Source: Felis catus (Eukaryota). Taken from it: a stretch of DNA of 64,000 bases. Under the pieces are notes generated by a model. The model searched no databases, was not told where the DNA came from, and saw nothing but the letters and a program-made list of their open reading frames with translations. Positions 35,598-49,520 of this stretch are shown here, piece after piece (position 1 is the first letter of the stretch; every line of letters starts with the position of its first letter). Made by a program: the position numbers and the translations under genes. Location: contig NC_058369.1 of NCBI RefSeq assembly GCF_018350175.1, positions 17,920,001-17,984,000 on the forward strand, given 5' to 3'.

Positions 35598-36232
35598 TTT
35601 TTTTTTAAGTTTATTTATTTATTTTGAGAGAGTATGCGCATGCGTGCACAAGCTGTGGGGAGGGGCAGAGACAGAAAATCGACTCGGGGCTCATGACCTG
35701 AGCTGAAATCAAGAAATGGACGCTTTGTCCATCGATGGATGAATGGATAAAGAAGATGTGGTATATATATATACAATGGAGTATTACTTGGCAATCAAAA
35801 CAAAATAATGAAATCTTGCCATTTGCAACTACGTGGATGGAACTGGAGGGGTATTATGGTAAGTGAAATTAGTCAGAAAAAGACAAAAATCGTATTACTT
35901 CACCCATATGAAGACTTTAAGAGACAAAACAGATGAACAGAAGGGAAGGGAAACAATAATATAAAAACAGGGAGGGGGACAAAACAGAAAAGATTCATAA
36001 ATATGCAGAACAAACTGAGAGTTACGGGAGGGGTTGTGGGAGGGGTGATGGGATAAATGGGTAAGGGGCACTACGGAATCTACTCCTGAAATCATTGTTG
36101 CACTATATGCTAACTAATTTGGATGTAAATTTTAAAAAATAAAAAATAAAACAAGTTAAAATTTAAAAATTGTAAAAAAAAAAAAAAAAAAAACCGAATT
36201 GGACTCTTAACCGACTGAACCACCCAGGCACC
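35598..36232 (-). mobile_element. Antisense Can-SINE split by an L1 insertion
   Basis: SINE halves at 35598-35725 and 36196-36232. Confidence 0.85.
35726..36193 (+). mobile_element. 5'-truncated carnivore-type L1 3' end with polyA
   Basis: tgtccatcgatggatgaatggataaagaagatgtgg..., G-rich 3' UTR and long A tail. Confidence 0.9.
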
Positions 36233-36554
36233 CTACTCAGACTACAACCAATTGCATGGTTATCTTTTTTAATTCTTATAAAGTCAAAGCAAAACATCCT
36301 TTATAATCAAGCAAAACAGAAGCATGAAGGCCCTTAATAAGCCTTTCTTGTAAAACACCCAGAAGGAAAGAAAAATCAGCATCAAGTCGGCTCCTCTTAT
36401 ACTAGCTTCCTTGTTATTTCTCAAACATGCCTGGAATACACCCACCTCAGAGCCTTTGCACTTGCCATTCCCTCTGCTTTGTACACTTTTCCCCTGGGTA
36501 CCCCCTTGGCTTACTCTCTTACCTCCTCAGCTCTTCATGCAAATGTGACTTCTT

Positions 36555-36772
36555 TAAAATTTTTTTTTAATGTTTTATTTATTTTTGAGACAGAGAGAGA
36601 CAGAGCATGAATGGGGGAGGGTCAGAGAGAGAGGGAGACACAGAATCCGAAGCAGGCTCCAGGCTCTGAGCTGTCAGCACAGAGCCCGACGCGGGGCTTG
36701 AACCCACGGACCGTGAGATCATGACCTGAGCTGAAGTTGGACGCTCAAACGACTAAGCCACCCAGGCGCCCC
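36555..36772 (-). mobile_element. SINEC_Fc-like element inserted in an L2-like fragment (~36400-37040)
   Basis: Full antisense SINE flanked by the direct repeat tgacttctttaa; L2-like flanks (gcctttgcacttgccattccctctgc). Confidence 0.9.
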
Positions 36773-38400
36773 AAAATGACTTCTTTAATGAGGCCTTCCT
36801 TATTAGCTACCCCATCTGAAAGTAACATATCTCCCTGTCCACACTCCCTTATACAACCCTGCTTTATTTCTCTTTAGTACCTATCACTATGTAACATACT
36901 ATGTTTTATTATTTGTCTTGTTTATTTTTTGTTATCCCTGACCCTGACCCCACCAAAAAACAAAGGTCCATAAAATCAGAGATTTCTGACCGCTCCGTTC
37001 ACTGCTGAATCTCCAGAGTCCAGAAGAACACGAACAGAGTAGGCACTTCACAGGATGTGCCTCAAAATCACTACTGCGTCATGAACACCTGTCATGCACA
37101 GATTAACACAGAGAACTCAAAAGGCAACCACTGCAATTATCCAAACCCAAACCAATCATACATACAGTGGGTACAATTATTAAAATGAGGCATGCAACAC
37201 TTTACAAAATGTATTCTGAGCACCGACTGGTATTAATTTTGCATTTATAACTCCCCATCTATCAAGTCTACAATAACTGAGGAATATAAATGAAGGACTC
37301 TGCACCTAACACTCATGTGGGACCTGGTGATGTGGAAGCATTTCATGTAAACAAAGCTTAAGCTCTTAATGTAATGACAATCAACTTCCTGGAAAATTAT
37401 CTCTTGTAGAAAATCAGGCAGGGAAAGAATGGTCACTGAAGAATAAACTTTAAAAATGTGGCCTCAAGAAGATTAAAATTCTATCATAGTTTAAAACAAA
37501 TATACTAACTAGCAATCAGAAATTCTGTGTTGGTTCAAAGTTCACATCCCCAAGACTCAAACCTTTTACTTTGCAAAGTTATCACTACAAGATGATCATC
37601 CCCATCTTTTGCAGGCAAAGCAAAGAATGGCCATGGGTTGGTGCTGAGTCTCTGCTGAAGGCCTCTTTCAGCAACACTGGTGGGTCTGCCATCCAGCTTT
37701 ATTTAAGTAAGTTATCTCAGCAAGACAATCCAGAAGGAAAATCATTCCCTGCATGACCTGGACTTCTGGGGAAGCTGGGTACCAGATGAGGCACAACCCC
37801 TGATAACAAAATGAATACACAAAAAGGAGTTTTAGCAAAATAAAGCCAGGAAGTAAGAGGAAAGCTGTCAACATGTGCCTTGTGGGAGGCAAGGATAGAG
37901 GCTGACCAGATTGACCCATCTGAGTACAGGGCATCAAACTACCAACCTCAGGAAAACTCCCACCGCTGCACCACAGAGATCAAGGTATCTCTTATACCCC
38001 ATTGTGATCGCACTCACTTCCATGTCAAGTAACAGAAGAGTGCATGATGAACTATCGAGATATTATAAAAAGTTTATCAATTTTACAATTTTTAAACAAT
38101 CTGAGAAAAAATGCTTATGATATACTCTTTTAAATGAAAGCAAGATATAAAAATTGTATAATCTATATTGTCTCAACTATGTCCAAAGAATTATAGAGAA
38201 AAAGACTGTCAAAAAGTACCAGCTATGCTACTGAATCATACAATAAAAATGGTTAAAATGGTAAATTTTACGTAAAGTATATTTTACCACATACACACAA
38301 AAATTTAAAAAAGTACCAGCTACTCACAGAGGTCATGGCTGTCCCACCCCCTTCCAAGGCCCCTTCATCACTGCCACTACATTAAAAATGCTGTATGCCT

Positions 38401-38822
38401 TGGGACACCTGGGTAGCTCAGTCAGCTGAACATCCAACTCTTAATTCTGGTGCAGGTCATGATCTCATGGTTTGTGAGTTCCAGCCCTGCATCGGGCTCT
38501 GCACTGACAGCGCAAAAGCCTGCTTGAGATTCCCTCTCTCCTCTCTCTGCCCCTCCCCTGCTCGCACTCTCTCAAAATAAATAAATGTTAAAAAAAGACA
38601 ACTTTATTTCTTTTAACGTTTATTTTTCAGAGAGAGAGAGGAAGACAGAGAGAGAGACAGCACGAATTGGAGAGAGGCAGGGAGAGAGGGAGAATCCCAA
38701 GCAGGTTCCACACACTCAGCACAGACCCAACACAGGGCTCAAACTCACAAAACTGTAAGATCATGACCTGAGCCAAAACCAAGAGTCAGAGGCTTAACAG
38801 ACTGAACCACCCAGGTGCACCT
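38401..38822. mobile_element. Tail-to-tail inverted Can-SINE pair (+ 38401-38596; - 38610-38822)
   Basis: Sense element directly followed by an antisense element. Confidence 0.9.
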
Positions 38823-38849
38823 AAAAATGGCAACTTAAAAAAAAAAGTT

Positions 38850-39323
38850 GAATGCCTCCAAGTCTCCCAGCTCAGGTGTGAAAAAAAACTTGATACAGGT
38901 TTCCCAAATTTGACAACGTTCTAAAAATTTACATGACATAGGATGAGTTGCGAAGCTGAAAGAAACTGTTCTAAGTTGTCAACAAGAGAAAGCAGATGAG
39001 CATCAACCTAGGGGAGCAACTGTATGCCCTTTCTATAGAAACATTATAACACTGTTGTCACAGAAGAGGTAATCAAAATGCTGCCTCAAAATGTAGGGGG
39101 GAAAGTATTGCAGTTGTAGTATTTGTCTGATTTTGAAATGTGTACCTTCTGATTTTTTTTCAATCTAAACAGATCCTCACTTTCCTACCTACTTGGTTTC
39201 ATAATTGTAAATTCTTTTGTTTAAAGATGGCAGTTACAATTATATATTTATATAAATAAATTATATATATATTCATATTACATTATATAAACTTCAGACA
39301 GCACAAAACCTGGATCTGCCTTG
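38850..39323 (+). mobile_element. hAT-Tip100 (Zaphod-like) DNA transposon 3' remnant
   Basis: Decayed hAT dimerization-domain coding across frameshifts (FPNL..LKIYMT..SCEAERNCSKLS) and terminal aaaacctggatctgccttg. Confidence 0.6.
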
Positions 39324-40114
39324 TACCAAGTAGTAAGACGTTATTCCTTTCTTTTCAGTTTTCTAAATGTCCCAAACTTCTTGAAATAGTCTCAAACTCA
39401 GAGCATATATTACCTTTACAACAGGGAGGAAAAATATTAGAGGTGAAAAAAGAAAAGAAATCACTAAAACTAAAATAGGAAAACCCAGATAATTGTTTAG
39501 CTCTTGAAGGTTTTAAGCTCATCCAACACTGCCCTAGCCCACACTGCATGCTCAGAGCTCCACTCCATGATGAAGACCCTGGGAGATGGACCATATGTTA
39601 ACAACCCCCACATACCCTAAGGTGTATACAAGGTGTTGGAAGATCAGAAAAGGAAGTAACCAACTCCTCAAACTTCAATGACAACGTGATACAAACATGC
39701 TAGAGACCAGAGCTCCCATTTTGGAGCACTTAGTCTGTTCTGTAACACCCTTGCTCTTACAACAGCCCTCTGGAGTAGACATAGCCATGATGGGCATACT
39801 GAGGTGCCGGGTACTGAGGTCACCATAACAGGTATACGTCACCACAAAAACTAGGTACCTGAGATGAAAGAGTCACTGCTAAGAATGGCTGGAATCCTAG
39901 TCCTAACCTTAAAGGAGTTGCAGCCTGGCTGGCGGGCTGGCAAGGTGTCTGTCTGCCCCGCCTCCCCCCATCCTCCCAATGCCATAGTAGGCACTGGCTC
40001 CACTGAAGCAGCAGGGCCAGAGACAAGACACAATCTCTGCATCAACTTGACACAGATGCCTGTGGTCCAAGACTAGGTGTTCATTTTCTCCCTCGTTAGC
40101 ATTTTATTCTAGTT

Positions 40115-40334
40115 AAAAAATTTTTTTTCAAATGTTTATTTATTGTTGAGAGAGAGAGAGTGAGCGAGCAAGTGGGGAAGGGGTAGACAGAAAGGGAGAC
40201 AAAGAATCCAAAGCAGGCTCCAGACTCTGAGCTGTTGAGCACAGAGCCTGACATGGGGCTCGAACTCACGAACCGTGAGATCATGACCCGAGCTGAAGTC
40301 AGACGCACAACTGACTGAACCACCCAGGTGCCCC
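40115..40334 (-). mobile_element. SINEC_Fc-like element with TSD
   Basis: TSD TTTATTCTAGTT at 40103-40114 and 40335-40346. Confidence 0.93.
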
Positions 40335-41852
40335 TTTATTCTAGTTCTAATAAGTGAAAAGCTGTAAGTTGTACATGGAACTGTTTCATTAAAGCCATAA
40401 TAACACAGATCCTTCCCCCAATGCTGAGGAACAAATAAAACACCAGATTCTGTTCCAAAAATCCAGACAAGCTTTTCTGTAAGGGAAGCAGCAGCCTCTC
40501 AGATGCTTCTCCTCTCTAGAACCACCAGCATGACACATTACCCCATCTCTCTGCCTTGTTAAATTAGATTTCTGGAATGAAAGACTAGAGGGTCCCAAAA
40601 TGGAAGGGGATGAGAAGGAACTTTCAGCCTACCTAGAAATATGTTCATCAGAGTTACACTGATAGAATTACAAAGTTTTAGCAACTTAAAAAGCTTTTTT
40701 TAGCTAAAAGCATAGCACGACTCCTTCAAGGAAATTGAAATTATTGATTCTAAGGTGTCACATGTCTTCTTTATCTGAGAATCACATTTTCTTTTAAATA
40801 ACTAAATGTATTTCATACATACACCAAGAATTCTCAGTCCTCCTTAGAAAGAAGCCCATTACTCCTCTTTCAAGGGCAATTCTCATTTCTAGTCTCCTCC
40901 TCCTTGGTGCAGTCTATGACTCCCACCACCCCCTAAAAAATACACACAACAGAAACACACAGAAATGGCTGCCTCAGACTGCAGCCGAAATTGCTGTGAG
41001 GGCTCAATCCATGAGGGACTTTCCTACCTTGAGTCACAGTTCTCTCTTGTGCTGACAAATAATGGTCCATTGGCTTCAGGCAAGATTATATGTTCTCTGC
41101 ATGTTGTTGATGTTTACCCCTACTCATCCCTCAGCTGGTTCCCTAACCAAATGACACACGAGCTCATCCTCTAAAACACAGAGAGCCAAAAATGATTCAG
41201 TCCTCATGGGCAGCCACAGAACCCAGGCATCCCTGACATGCCTAGGCCGACACCCTGAGTGCTGTACCTGCTGATGGAGGGACCAAAGTGTATCCTGCAC
41301 TGCACCAGGTCCTATATGTCCAGGGGGCACAATTTGCTCCAGGTCCTTGCAAAACCTCACTTAGTTAATACTTTCCTCAAGGGTTTGCAAAGTGTCCCAG
41401 GCTCAAAGCACCAATCTGGCAGCTTTTATCACAAACCACTCAGTATACTCAGTGTTCCTCCACGACCAGCCAGAAAAAGAATGAGATACGGGCATGAAAA
41501 AATTCCTGACACTGGCACAGGTCACAGCACTTTGTCCTAACATAGAGCCATTTGCCAGTCATCCTCCATAAGTCCTGAGATTTCTTTCCAAAATAAAGCA
41601 TCACAAAATACTAAGAAACTTTGAGGAAATCAAGTTCAACCACATCCACAGTTCTGAAGCAAATCATACACTGACTTCTTTGGAATCAGCCAGCTTGTGA
41701 GAAGGGCAGTGACTTCAGTCACTCAAGAGCACATTTGAGGACTGGGAGGGAAGGCCAATGGGGCACTTTCACTTTTGACATCTTGCCACTGTGTTCCCTT
41801 TCTTTGGTTCTATACAAAGAACCTCCAGTATTTTCAAAATAAAAACACTCTT

Positions 41853-42040
41853 TTGGGGTGCCTGGCTGGCTCAGTCAAACATCCGACTCTTAATTTCGGC
41901 TCATCTCACAGTTGTGGGATCAAGCCCTGCATCAACTCTGTGTGCTTGGCTGGACATGGAGAGATTCTCTCTCTCTCTCCCTCTGTCCCCCCTGTACACA
42001 CATGCTCTCTCTATAAAAACAAAAAACCACACACACACAC
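41853..42040 (+). mobile_element. Diverged Can-SINE
   Basis: ggggtgcctggctggctcagtc head. Confidence 0.8.
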
Positions 42041-42709
42041 TCTTCTGAGAGTGAAATGAATCATTCCTGGAAGAGGGCAGCCTGTTTCCTCCTTTCCTAG
42101 CCTTCACCTGCCCTAGACCTGCTGGCCACATCCATCAGTGTTTCAGGGCCCAGAGTCTGTCAGCTCCCACCTGGCACCTCTGCAAGGTCCACACTTCCAA
42201 ATGCCCCAGGATTCTGCATCTGGTGCTTACAGTCTTCCCCTGGGCTCTCAAGGTAGGTGCAGCATCCCAATCAACCCTAAGGTCCTCAAGCATGCAACCC
42301 TGTGAAGGTGTTGCTGTGTTTGTCCCATAAAGCCAAGCATAGATACTACAAGGGGCAGGGGCAGGGGCAGGGGCAGCTCAAAGGACCTGGGGAAAAGACA
42401 CTTGTGTTCCCATACTCTCCAATAAGAACATAGATGAAGAGAAACCCAGACCCTCAGCAGGGAGTTGGCAACCAACTCCACTCTCTCTCCTCCAGAAGCA
42501 CTCACCTCAGAGAAGATATAATGTTCATGGAAGGACATCTTTCACTGCCTTACATGTAAAACCTCTACTCATAATAGCAGAAACCTTGAAAATGTTCATT
42601 AAGAACTCATTTAGGAGACCATAATCTCAGCAGTGTGCAATTAAGTGGTTTAAGAGTACTGTATGTTTTTCCTGTCAGGTTGTTCAAACTCATACAAATA
42701 TACATTCTT

Positions 42710-43110
42710 TGGGATACCTGGGTGGCTCAGTAGGTTAAGCAGCCAACTCTTGATTTCGGCTCAGGTCATGATCTCACAGTGGTTCATGAGATCAAGCCCC
42801 ACATCGGGCTCTGCACTGACAGTGCAGAACCTGCATGGGATTCTCTTTCTCCCTCTCTCTCTGCCCCTCCCATGCTGGTGCTCTCTCTCTCACTCTCTCT
42901 CAAAATAAACTTTAGGGGCGCCTGGGTGGCTCAGTCAGTTAAGCACCTGACTGTGGCTCAGGTCATGATCTCACAAGCTCACCTGCTTCGGATTCTGTCT
43001 CCCTCTCTCTCTGCCCCTCCCCTGCTCACACTCCGTGTCTCTCTCTCAAAAAATAAACATACATACATGCATACATACATACATACATACATACATAAGC
43101 AAACAAACTT
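42710..43110 (+). mobile_element. Two tandem Can-SINEs, the second with an (ACAT)n tail
   Basis: Heads near 42710 and 42915; (ACAT)n at ~43057-43097. Confidence 0.9.
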
Positions 43111-44925
43111 TAAAAAATATACATACATTCTTTGGTCATGTATTCTATATCCACCCTTCCTCTTCCTTTGTTGGGTAACTCTATAGACAGTCTCTCAAGG
43201 AAACAGTATGATTCTGTTTAGCATGAGAACCAACAGGTGCTGGGTTCACACACCTCCACAGAGCACCCTGTAAAAGAAGCTAAACTGAGAACTCCAGAGA
43301 TAGAGCATCACTTGTTGCTCATGAAAAGGGGAGGAATGAGCTAAAGGTGCAGTCCACAGACACCAAGTTTCAAGCACATTTTAAACAAATGGGCATCAGA
43401 GTGAAAGAAGGCAGGCGTGGAGCTAGGTTAATCCCAAGACAAAAGTTGCTGCAGCCTTAGCAAAGATACCAAAGTTGTATAGACCTGGGATCTCAATCCC
43501 AGATAAAAAAGGTAGGGAGGAGGGTTACAGTAAAAATTCGTATCTAGCATGAGTTTTATACTTGTTAAACAAAAATAATCTACTATTCTTATAAAACAAG
43601 CTTTGAAGGGGGATGCAAGATTTTTACATTCCCCAAAAGAGTAAGACAGAGCTCACACAACCCATGGGGCCCCTCATTTCTGAGTGTGCAGCTAGGGATA
43701 GAAAAGTCTGGAGCAGAAATAGCAACACTAGCCAGGTGTTCTGCTTCTTTGTCTCTAACACATCTTATCTCCTTAAAAGAAAAGTTTTAATCTTCCTTGG
43801 CCTGGGATTGGACACTCAATTTCTAAAACATGTATTAGTGTCTGAAGTAAGATAAATGGATGGATACACAGAACAAAACTAAATAACCTCCCATTTTGAT
43901 CAATTATGACTTCAGTTAAATACATTCACAAGAATGAGTTAAAACAAGCAAACAAACCCAGCAGTGCAAAGAAAGTTTTGTGAATTCTCTACAACAGAAA
44001 GCAAGCAGAAGCAGCCCAAGAGGCCCAGACTGATTCCGGCTGTCCTAAGGAGTTTATGACAGCAGGTACTAGAGCTCCATCTCCAAGTCACAAGGGTTTC
44101 AAAAACAACCCAAAGCCTCAAATCCTTCAGTTCAGAGTGGGATGAGATTACCCCAGGAACAAAAAGAACACAGGTAAAAGACTTAGCATAGTGAGGGTCC
44201 CATGAGCAGCTGCTGGAGCTGTTACTTCTATTTTTTTATGGGCAGGATGCTGTAGGTGCTATGTATCTTCACCAACAGCTACATTTCATGAACATTTAAA
44301 ATCAAACCAAGGCATGACTTCTGTTTAACCACATGCTTGTTTTGCTGTCTGTTCTGACCTGAAGACCACATTTAGGAGCTTTCGTCCTCCCAACCATTTC
44401 AATCTTAACTAAGTGGCATCTCAGAGGCATTAAGTACAAAAACTTTTTGTTACTAGAATATTAACTTTTAGCCAGAATATAATGATAATGCTCATGTGTC
44501 ACCATAGCTTAATCCTTACTTGTAAAATCGAATTAGTGTAATTTCACTTAGAAGAGAACCCTACTTATGCAAATTTACATTAAAAACAAATACACAACCT
44601 TGAAAAAGATTGGAGAAAATGTCTGTAAACAGAAAAATGAACCCAAAGTGCACTTGAGCCAGATGTGGACTACGGTCAGGTCCAACAAACTTTCTGGGTA
44701 AAAAGATGTCCTCATCTCCCCTCCAACCTCCCATGTAAAATGGCAAAATGGTAATGTGCTACAGCCTCCCTGATCCCAAGGCAAGTACCTGTGGGGTATA
44801 TCATCACAACCAACACCAGGAAGAGCTTGCTTCCTCCCTCCATCCCCAGAGCTTAACCCAGTGCAGTGGTACCCTTTAAAACAGGCCAAGGTGAGAAGAC
44901 TTTCAGGAAGACTGAAGAGCCAGTG

Positions 44926-45539
44926 AGGGGGCACCTGGGTGGCATCTGACTTTGGCTCAGGTCATGATCTCACAGTTTGTGAGTTTGAGCCCTACATCAA
45001 TCAGGCTCTCTGCTCTCAGCATACAACCTGCTTCAAATCCTCTTGTCTCCCTCTCTTTCTGCCCCTCCCCTGTTCATGCTCTCTCAAAAATAAATAAGAA
45101 TTTAAAAAATAATAATAAATAAATAAATAAATAAGCATTAAAAAGAAAAAAGAGAGAGAGAGAGAGAGAGAAAGAGCGAGCCAGTAGGGAGGGGAGCTAC
45201 ACTGAGGATGAAGGATACAGCATTCCTTTTGGGATGCATTATATGGTATGTAATACTGTTACTTAGAAAAATATACATATATCAACACAGTAGCAGGATC
45301 ACACCCAAGAGATCACAACCAGTTCAGGGTAGCAGTTCTGGTAACAATGTCACATCTCTACCACTAAGAAGTGAGAAGGAAATGTTCAAGAGGAGAGCAC
45401 CTCTAGGGCGCTTGGGTGGTTCAGGCGGTTAAGCGTCCAACTTTAGCTCAGGTCATGATCTCACGGTTTGGTTTATGAGTCTGAGCCCTGCGTTGGGCTC
45501 TGTGCTGACAGTTCAGAGCCTAGAGCCTGCTTCGGATTC

Positions 45540-45604
<65 letters not shown>

Positions 45605-45665
45605 GCCCCTCCCCTGCTTACACTCTGTCTGCCTCTCTCAAAAATAAACATTAAATTTTTTTTTG
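44926..45665 (+). mobile_element. Two Can-SINEs (~44926-45170, ~45405-45665 with expanded (CT)n)
   Basis: SINEC motifs; (CT)n at ~45545-45603. Confidence 0.9.
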
Positions 45666-45914
45666 AAAAAGGAGGAGAGCACCTCCAAATGTGGCTCTGA
45701 GAATGGCAAAGATGCACAGACAAGCTGGAACAGAGTTCATGAAATATGTGGGTAAAAAGTAGAACTTCTAAAGGAATACATTTTGTTTAGATAATAACTA
45801 AATGTGTATGTGTAATTAAAAACAATAAATATTGTAGGGAGGCCAACTTTCCAAGTACTCTAAGTTTATACAAAAAATTCTTTTATTTTTATTGGGCTGT
45901 ATCAAAAAATTCTT

Positions 45915-45945
45915 TTATTTTTATTTTCTCAAGTTTATTTGTTTT

Positions 45946-45977
<32 letters not shown>

Positions 45978-46109
45978 ATGAATCCCAAGCAGGCTCCGCA
46001 CTGTCAACACAGAGCCCAATTCGGGGATCAGACTCACTAACCATGAGATCATGACCTGACCCAAAACCAAGAGTCGGATGCTTAACTGACTGAGCCACCC
46101 AGGCGCCCC
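45915..46109 (-). mobile_element. Can-SINE
   Basis: Antisense element flanked by the direct repeat tcaaaaaattct. Confidence 0.9.
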
Positions 46110-46720
46110 TCAAAAAATTCTCCTGGCAAAGTTAAGTCCTGCTTTATACTGGGGTAAAAACGGTGCGTTACCTCTTCTTGGTGCCTGTCTTTATCTGTAC
46201 ACCAGGCATGGTACAGTTTTACAGAGGTGCTCTGAGGTGGGAACAAGAGTAAAACATCTAGCCTCCTGCCTGGCTCGCATGCAGTGCACTCCCCAAAAGT
46301 GGGCTGTTCCCTACCCACTGCCCTACAGTTCCTCCAGAGTCCACTGGGAAATGGAGGTCACAGGAGGGACTTGACAGTACGAGACGATAAGGGCACATAC
46401 TAAGCCTGTGCTCATGGAAGGAGTGCAAAGAGAGGAGGCTTCAACGCCAGGCAGAGGAATGGAGTGCCAAAGGATATCCTGTTTAGCCTTTAAAAAAATA
46501 AAGATTTTTAACTGGTTGTAAGTGTGATAAAATGACCACCATTATTAGTCTCTTCATCCTGCAGATTTTCTTCCATGCATTTTTCTATTCTTTACATAAA
46601 CAGGATCAGGCTGTATATGTATTACTTTGCTTCCCCCCATCTCCCCCAGTAAAATCGGCTGTTTCTTTCACCTTTTTAAAAACTGTGATGAAATGTGTGA
46701 AACAATGGAACATTCACCTT

Positions 46721-46923
46721 AAAAAAAATTTTTTTTTAATGTTTATTATTTTTGAGAGAGAGAGAGACAGAATCCAAGCAGGGGAGAGAGAAGGAGACAC
46801 AGAATCTGCAGCAGGTTCCAGGCTGTCAGCACAGAGCTCGACGTAGGGCTTGAACTCACGACTGTGAGATCAGAATTTGAGCCTAAGTCAGACACTTAAC
46901 CGACTGAGCCACCCAGGCACCCC
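46721..46923 (-). mobile_element. Can-SINE inside an antisense old L1 3' fragment (~46670-47200)
   Basis: SINE motifs; flanks aaccatcaccaccacccatctccaaaac and cccctggcaaccacc are typical of L1M antisense. Confidence 0.85.
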
Positions 46924-47645
46924 TAAAATTCACCCTTTTAAACTGTTTGGGGGGTACAGTTCAGTGGCACCAAGTATACTCACATTTTATACAACCATCA
47001 CCACCACCCATCTCCAAAACTTTTTATCTTCCCAAACTAAAACTCTGTACCCATTAAACAATTAACTGTCCAGTCTCCCTTCCTTCAAGCCCCTGGCAAC
47101 CACCATTCAACTGTCTCTATGATTCTGACTACTCCAGTTTCTCACACAAGTAGGATCATTCAACATTTGTTGTTTTGCTATTCTTCCCCATTAAACTATA
47201 TGCCTTAGCCATGTATCTGTCCATACAGAATTCCTTTCAAAGACAGCATAATATTTACACATAATCATAATGCGTTTTTTAACTTCCCTACTGACACTAA
47301 TTTATTTATTACAATAATAATTCAATGAGTGTCCTCGTAGCTGTCCTTGCACTCTTGTGGAAGTATTTCTGTAGGAAAATTCCTAGAAGTAGAATTGCTG
47401 GGACAAAGCATAGAGGTTGCACCCAGTTTCACTCTGCCCTGTAATGTCCGTGAGCCACCAAGGATTGTGGGAAATTAAGCTGGCAGAGAGAAAAGGGAAA
47501 ACCTGGTTTCACAGGTCACTACTGCAGTGACATAGGCAGAGGGACGGTGGCAGAAGAACCAGCATCTATTGGGGTCTACTGTCTGCATTCCTACTTAAGG
47601 AGTAAACAAAATAGAATTCTTATACACATTAGAAGCACATGTGAA

Positions 47646-47850
47646 AGGGCACCTGGGTGTCTCAGTCAGTTAAGTGTCCGACTCTTGATTCTGGCTCAGG
47701 TCATGATCTCCCAGTTTGTAGGACTGAACCCCATGTCGGGCTCTGCATGGGCAGTGCAGAGCCTGCTTGGTATTCTCTCTCTCCCTCTCTGCCCCTCCTC
47801 CACTCATGCTCTTTCTCTCATAATAAATAAGTAAACATAAAAAAAAAGAA
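47646..47850 (+). mobile_element. Can-SINE
   Basis: Head and tail; near-TSD agaagcacatgtgaaa / agaagcacgtgtgaaa. Confidence 0.9.
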
Positions 47851-49317
47851 GCACGTGTGAAAAAGGAGGTTTGAGAGGAGAAAAATAAGCCTTTAAAGAA
47901 AAACTATGTGTGCTTAGAAAGCTCTCAAGCTACTCTGTTACTTTTACACCATAGACATGTTTCAGGTAACTTTGTGGGCTCATGAACTTAGTATCTGGTT
48001 ATCTTAAGATGTCAAAACCAAAGGTGAAAGAGAAGGAGACAACACCGCCTTCACAGTCCTGAGCCTGAGAGTTTGCTAGAAGAAGGAGATGATAGCAGGA
48101 GTACCCCTAGTAAAGCTTCAACCTCTAGGAGGACATAAGGATCAAGACCAAGCTGATCTTTCCAGCCTCTCCCAGCCTAAGCTTCCTTCCCTCAAGGGTC
48201 TCTCCTCCGTCATCCCAGGGGCAGGGAGTAGGAAAGAGTCCTGAGAACCCCCAGGTTCTGGGGCTCCCAAAACACCAGAGCTGCCTTCTGCAGACACCTG
48301 TCCCACCTGGAATGACCTCCCCACATTCAGTGGCACTCAGCAGGGCACAGATTCTCCTGCCTTCTCCAATGTACCTAGGGAGGCTGGTGGCCAGCCCACA
48401 CAGGGGAATTAAAGAAGGAAGGGGGTGGCGAAAGTAGAGAAACAGGATTTGGTAGATGACTAGGTGTACCACACTGTTCTTAACCCTTTAGGGGGTTACT
48501 GGCCCCCTCAAGAATCTGAGATGTGTGGGCCTCTCTCCTGAAAAATGCACATCCTCACTGAACTCTACATACAGTCTGGGATGTGAGCAACTGTGGACTC
48601 TATCTTCAGAACTCCTGATACAGGGAATCAAATTAGAGGAATGAGTCCAATATTGAGCCTTCCCACGTCAGAACAAGGATGTTTTTGTTCATGAATTCAC
48701 GGAGTTGAACTGCAGACACTTAAATATAAGGGGATGGTCAAATACCCAAGAAAAAATGTTCAGCAGATAGTTGGGAGCAATGGATTTGCAGCTTGAGTGA
48801 ACCGAATTCGAAAACAGATTTGGGAATAGCCTAAAAGGGAAGACAGAAGGCATTCTAAGAGTAATGTGCAAAGAAAGAAGAGCACTGGGTCAGGGCCCCT
48901 ATAGGTGAGAACTGCCTGAGCAGTGTGAGAGAAGGTCTGTAAAGAGACAAAGAGGCAGAACATCTACCCCCTCCCTGGAAGCCATGGGTTAAGAATCTCC
49001 TCCCGGTTTCACATGGGAAATCTAGGTCTCATACATACCCTTTGGACCACACGACAGAGAGAGAGGAGGAGGGTCTTGCACTGTGTGGCCCTTTAGGTCC
49101 CTGACAGCCCTCAGAGTTCACGGTCTGCGGCTCAGTTCTGAATGAGCTTTGGCAAAGCCTTCCCAACTTCTTCGCTGAAAAGATCTACACGAAGAATCCC
49201 TTCAAACCAAGCCACCATAGTGAAAAGGTCTCAAGCACAGGGTGTGATCAGCAAAAGCCAGCGTATGGGAAATCCTAAAAGATAAATGACAATTGCTTCA
49301 ACCAAACAATTACAAGG

Positions 49318-49520
49318 AGGAGCACCTAGGTGGCTCAATCAGTTGAGCATCCCACTTCAGCTCAGGTCATGATCTCATGGTTTCTGAGTTTGAGCCCCAA
49401 GTCGGGCTCTGTGCTGACAGCTCGGAGCCTGGAGCCTGCTTCTGATTCTGTGTCTCCATCTCTCTCTGCCCCTTCCCCTGCTCGCTGTCTTAAAAACAAA
49501 GAAATGTTAAAAAAATTTAA
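49318..49520 (+). mobile_element. Can-SINE
   Basis: SINEC_Fc-like body. Confidence 0.9.

Noticed and set aside
44918..44936. CTCF-like CCAGTGAGGGGGCAC
   Set aside because: Formed at a SINE insertion junction, with imperfect spacing relative to the consensus.
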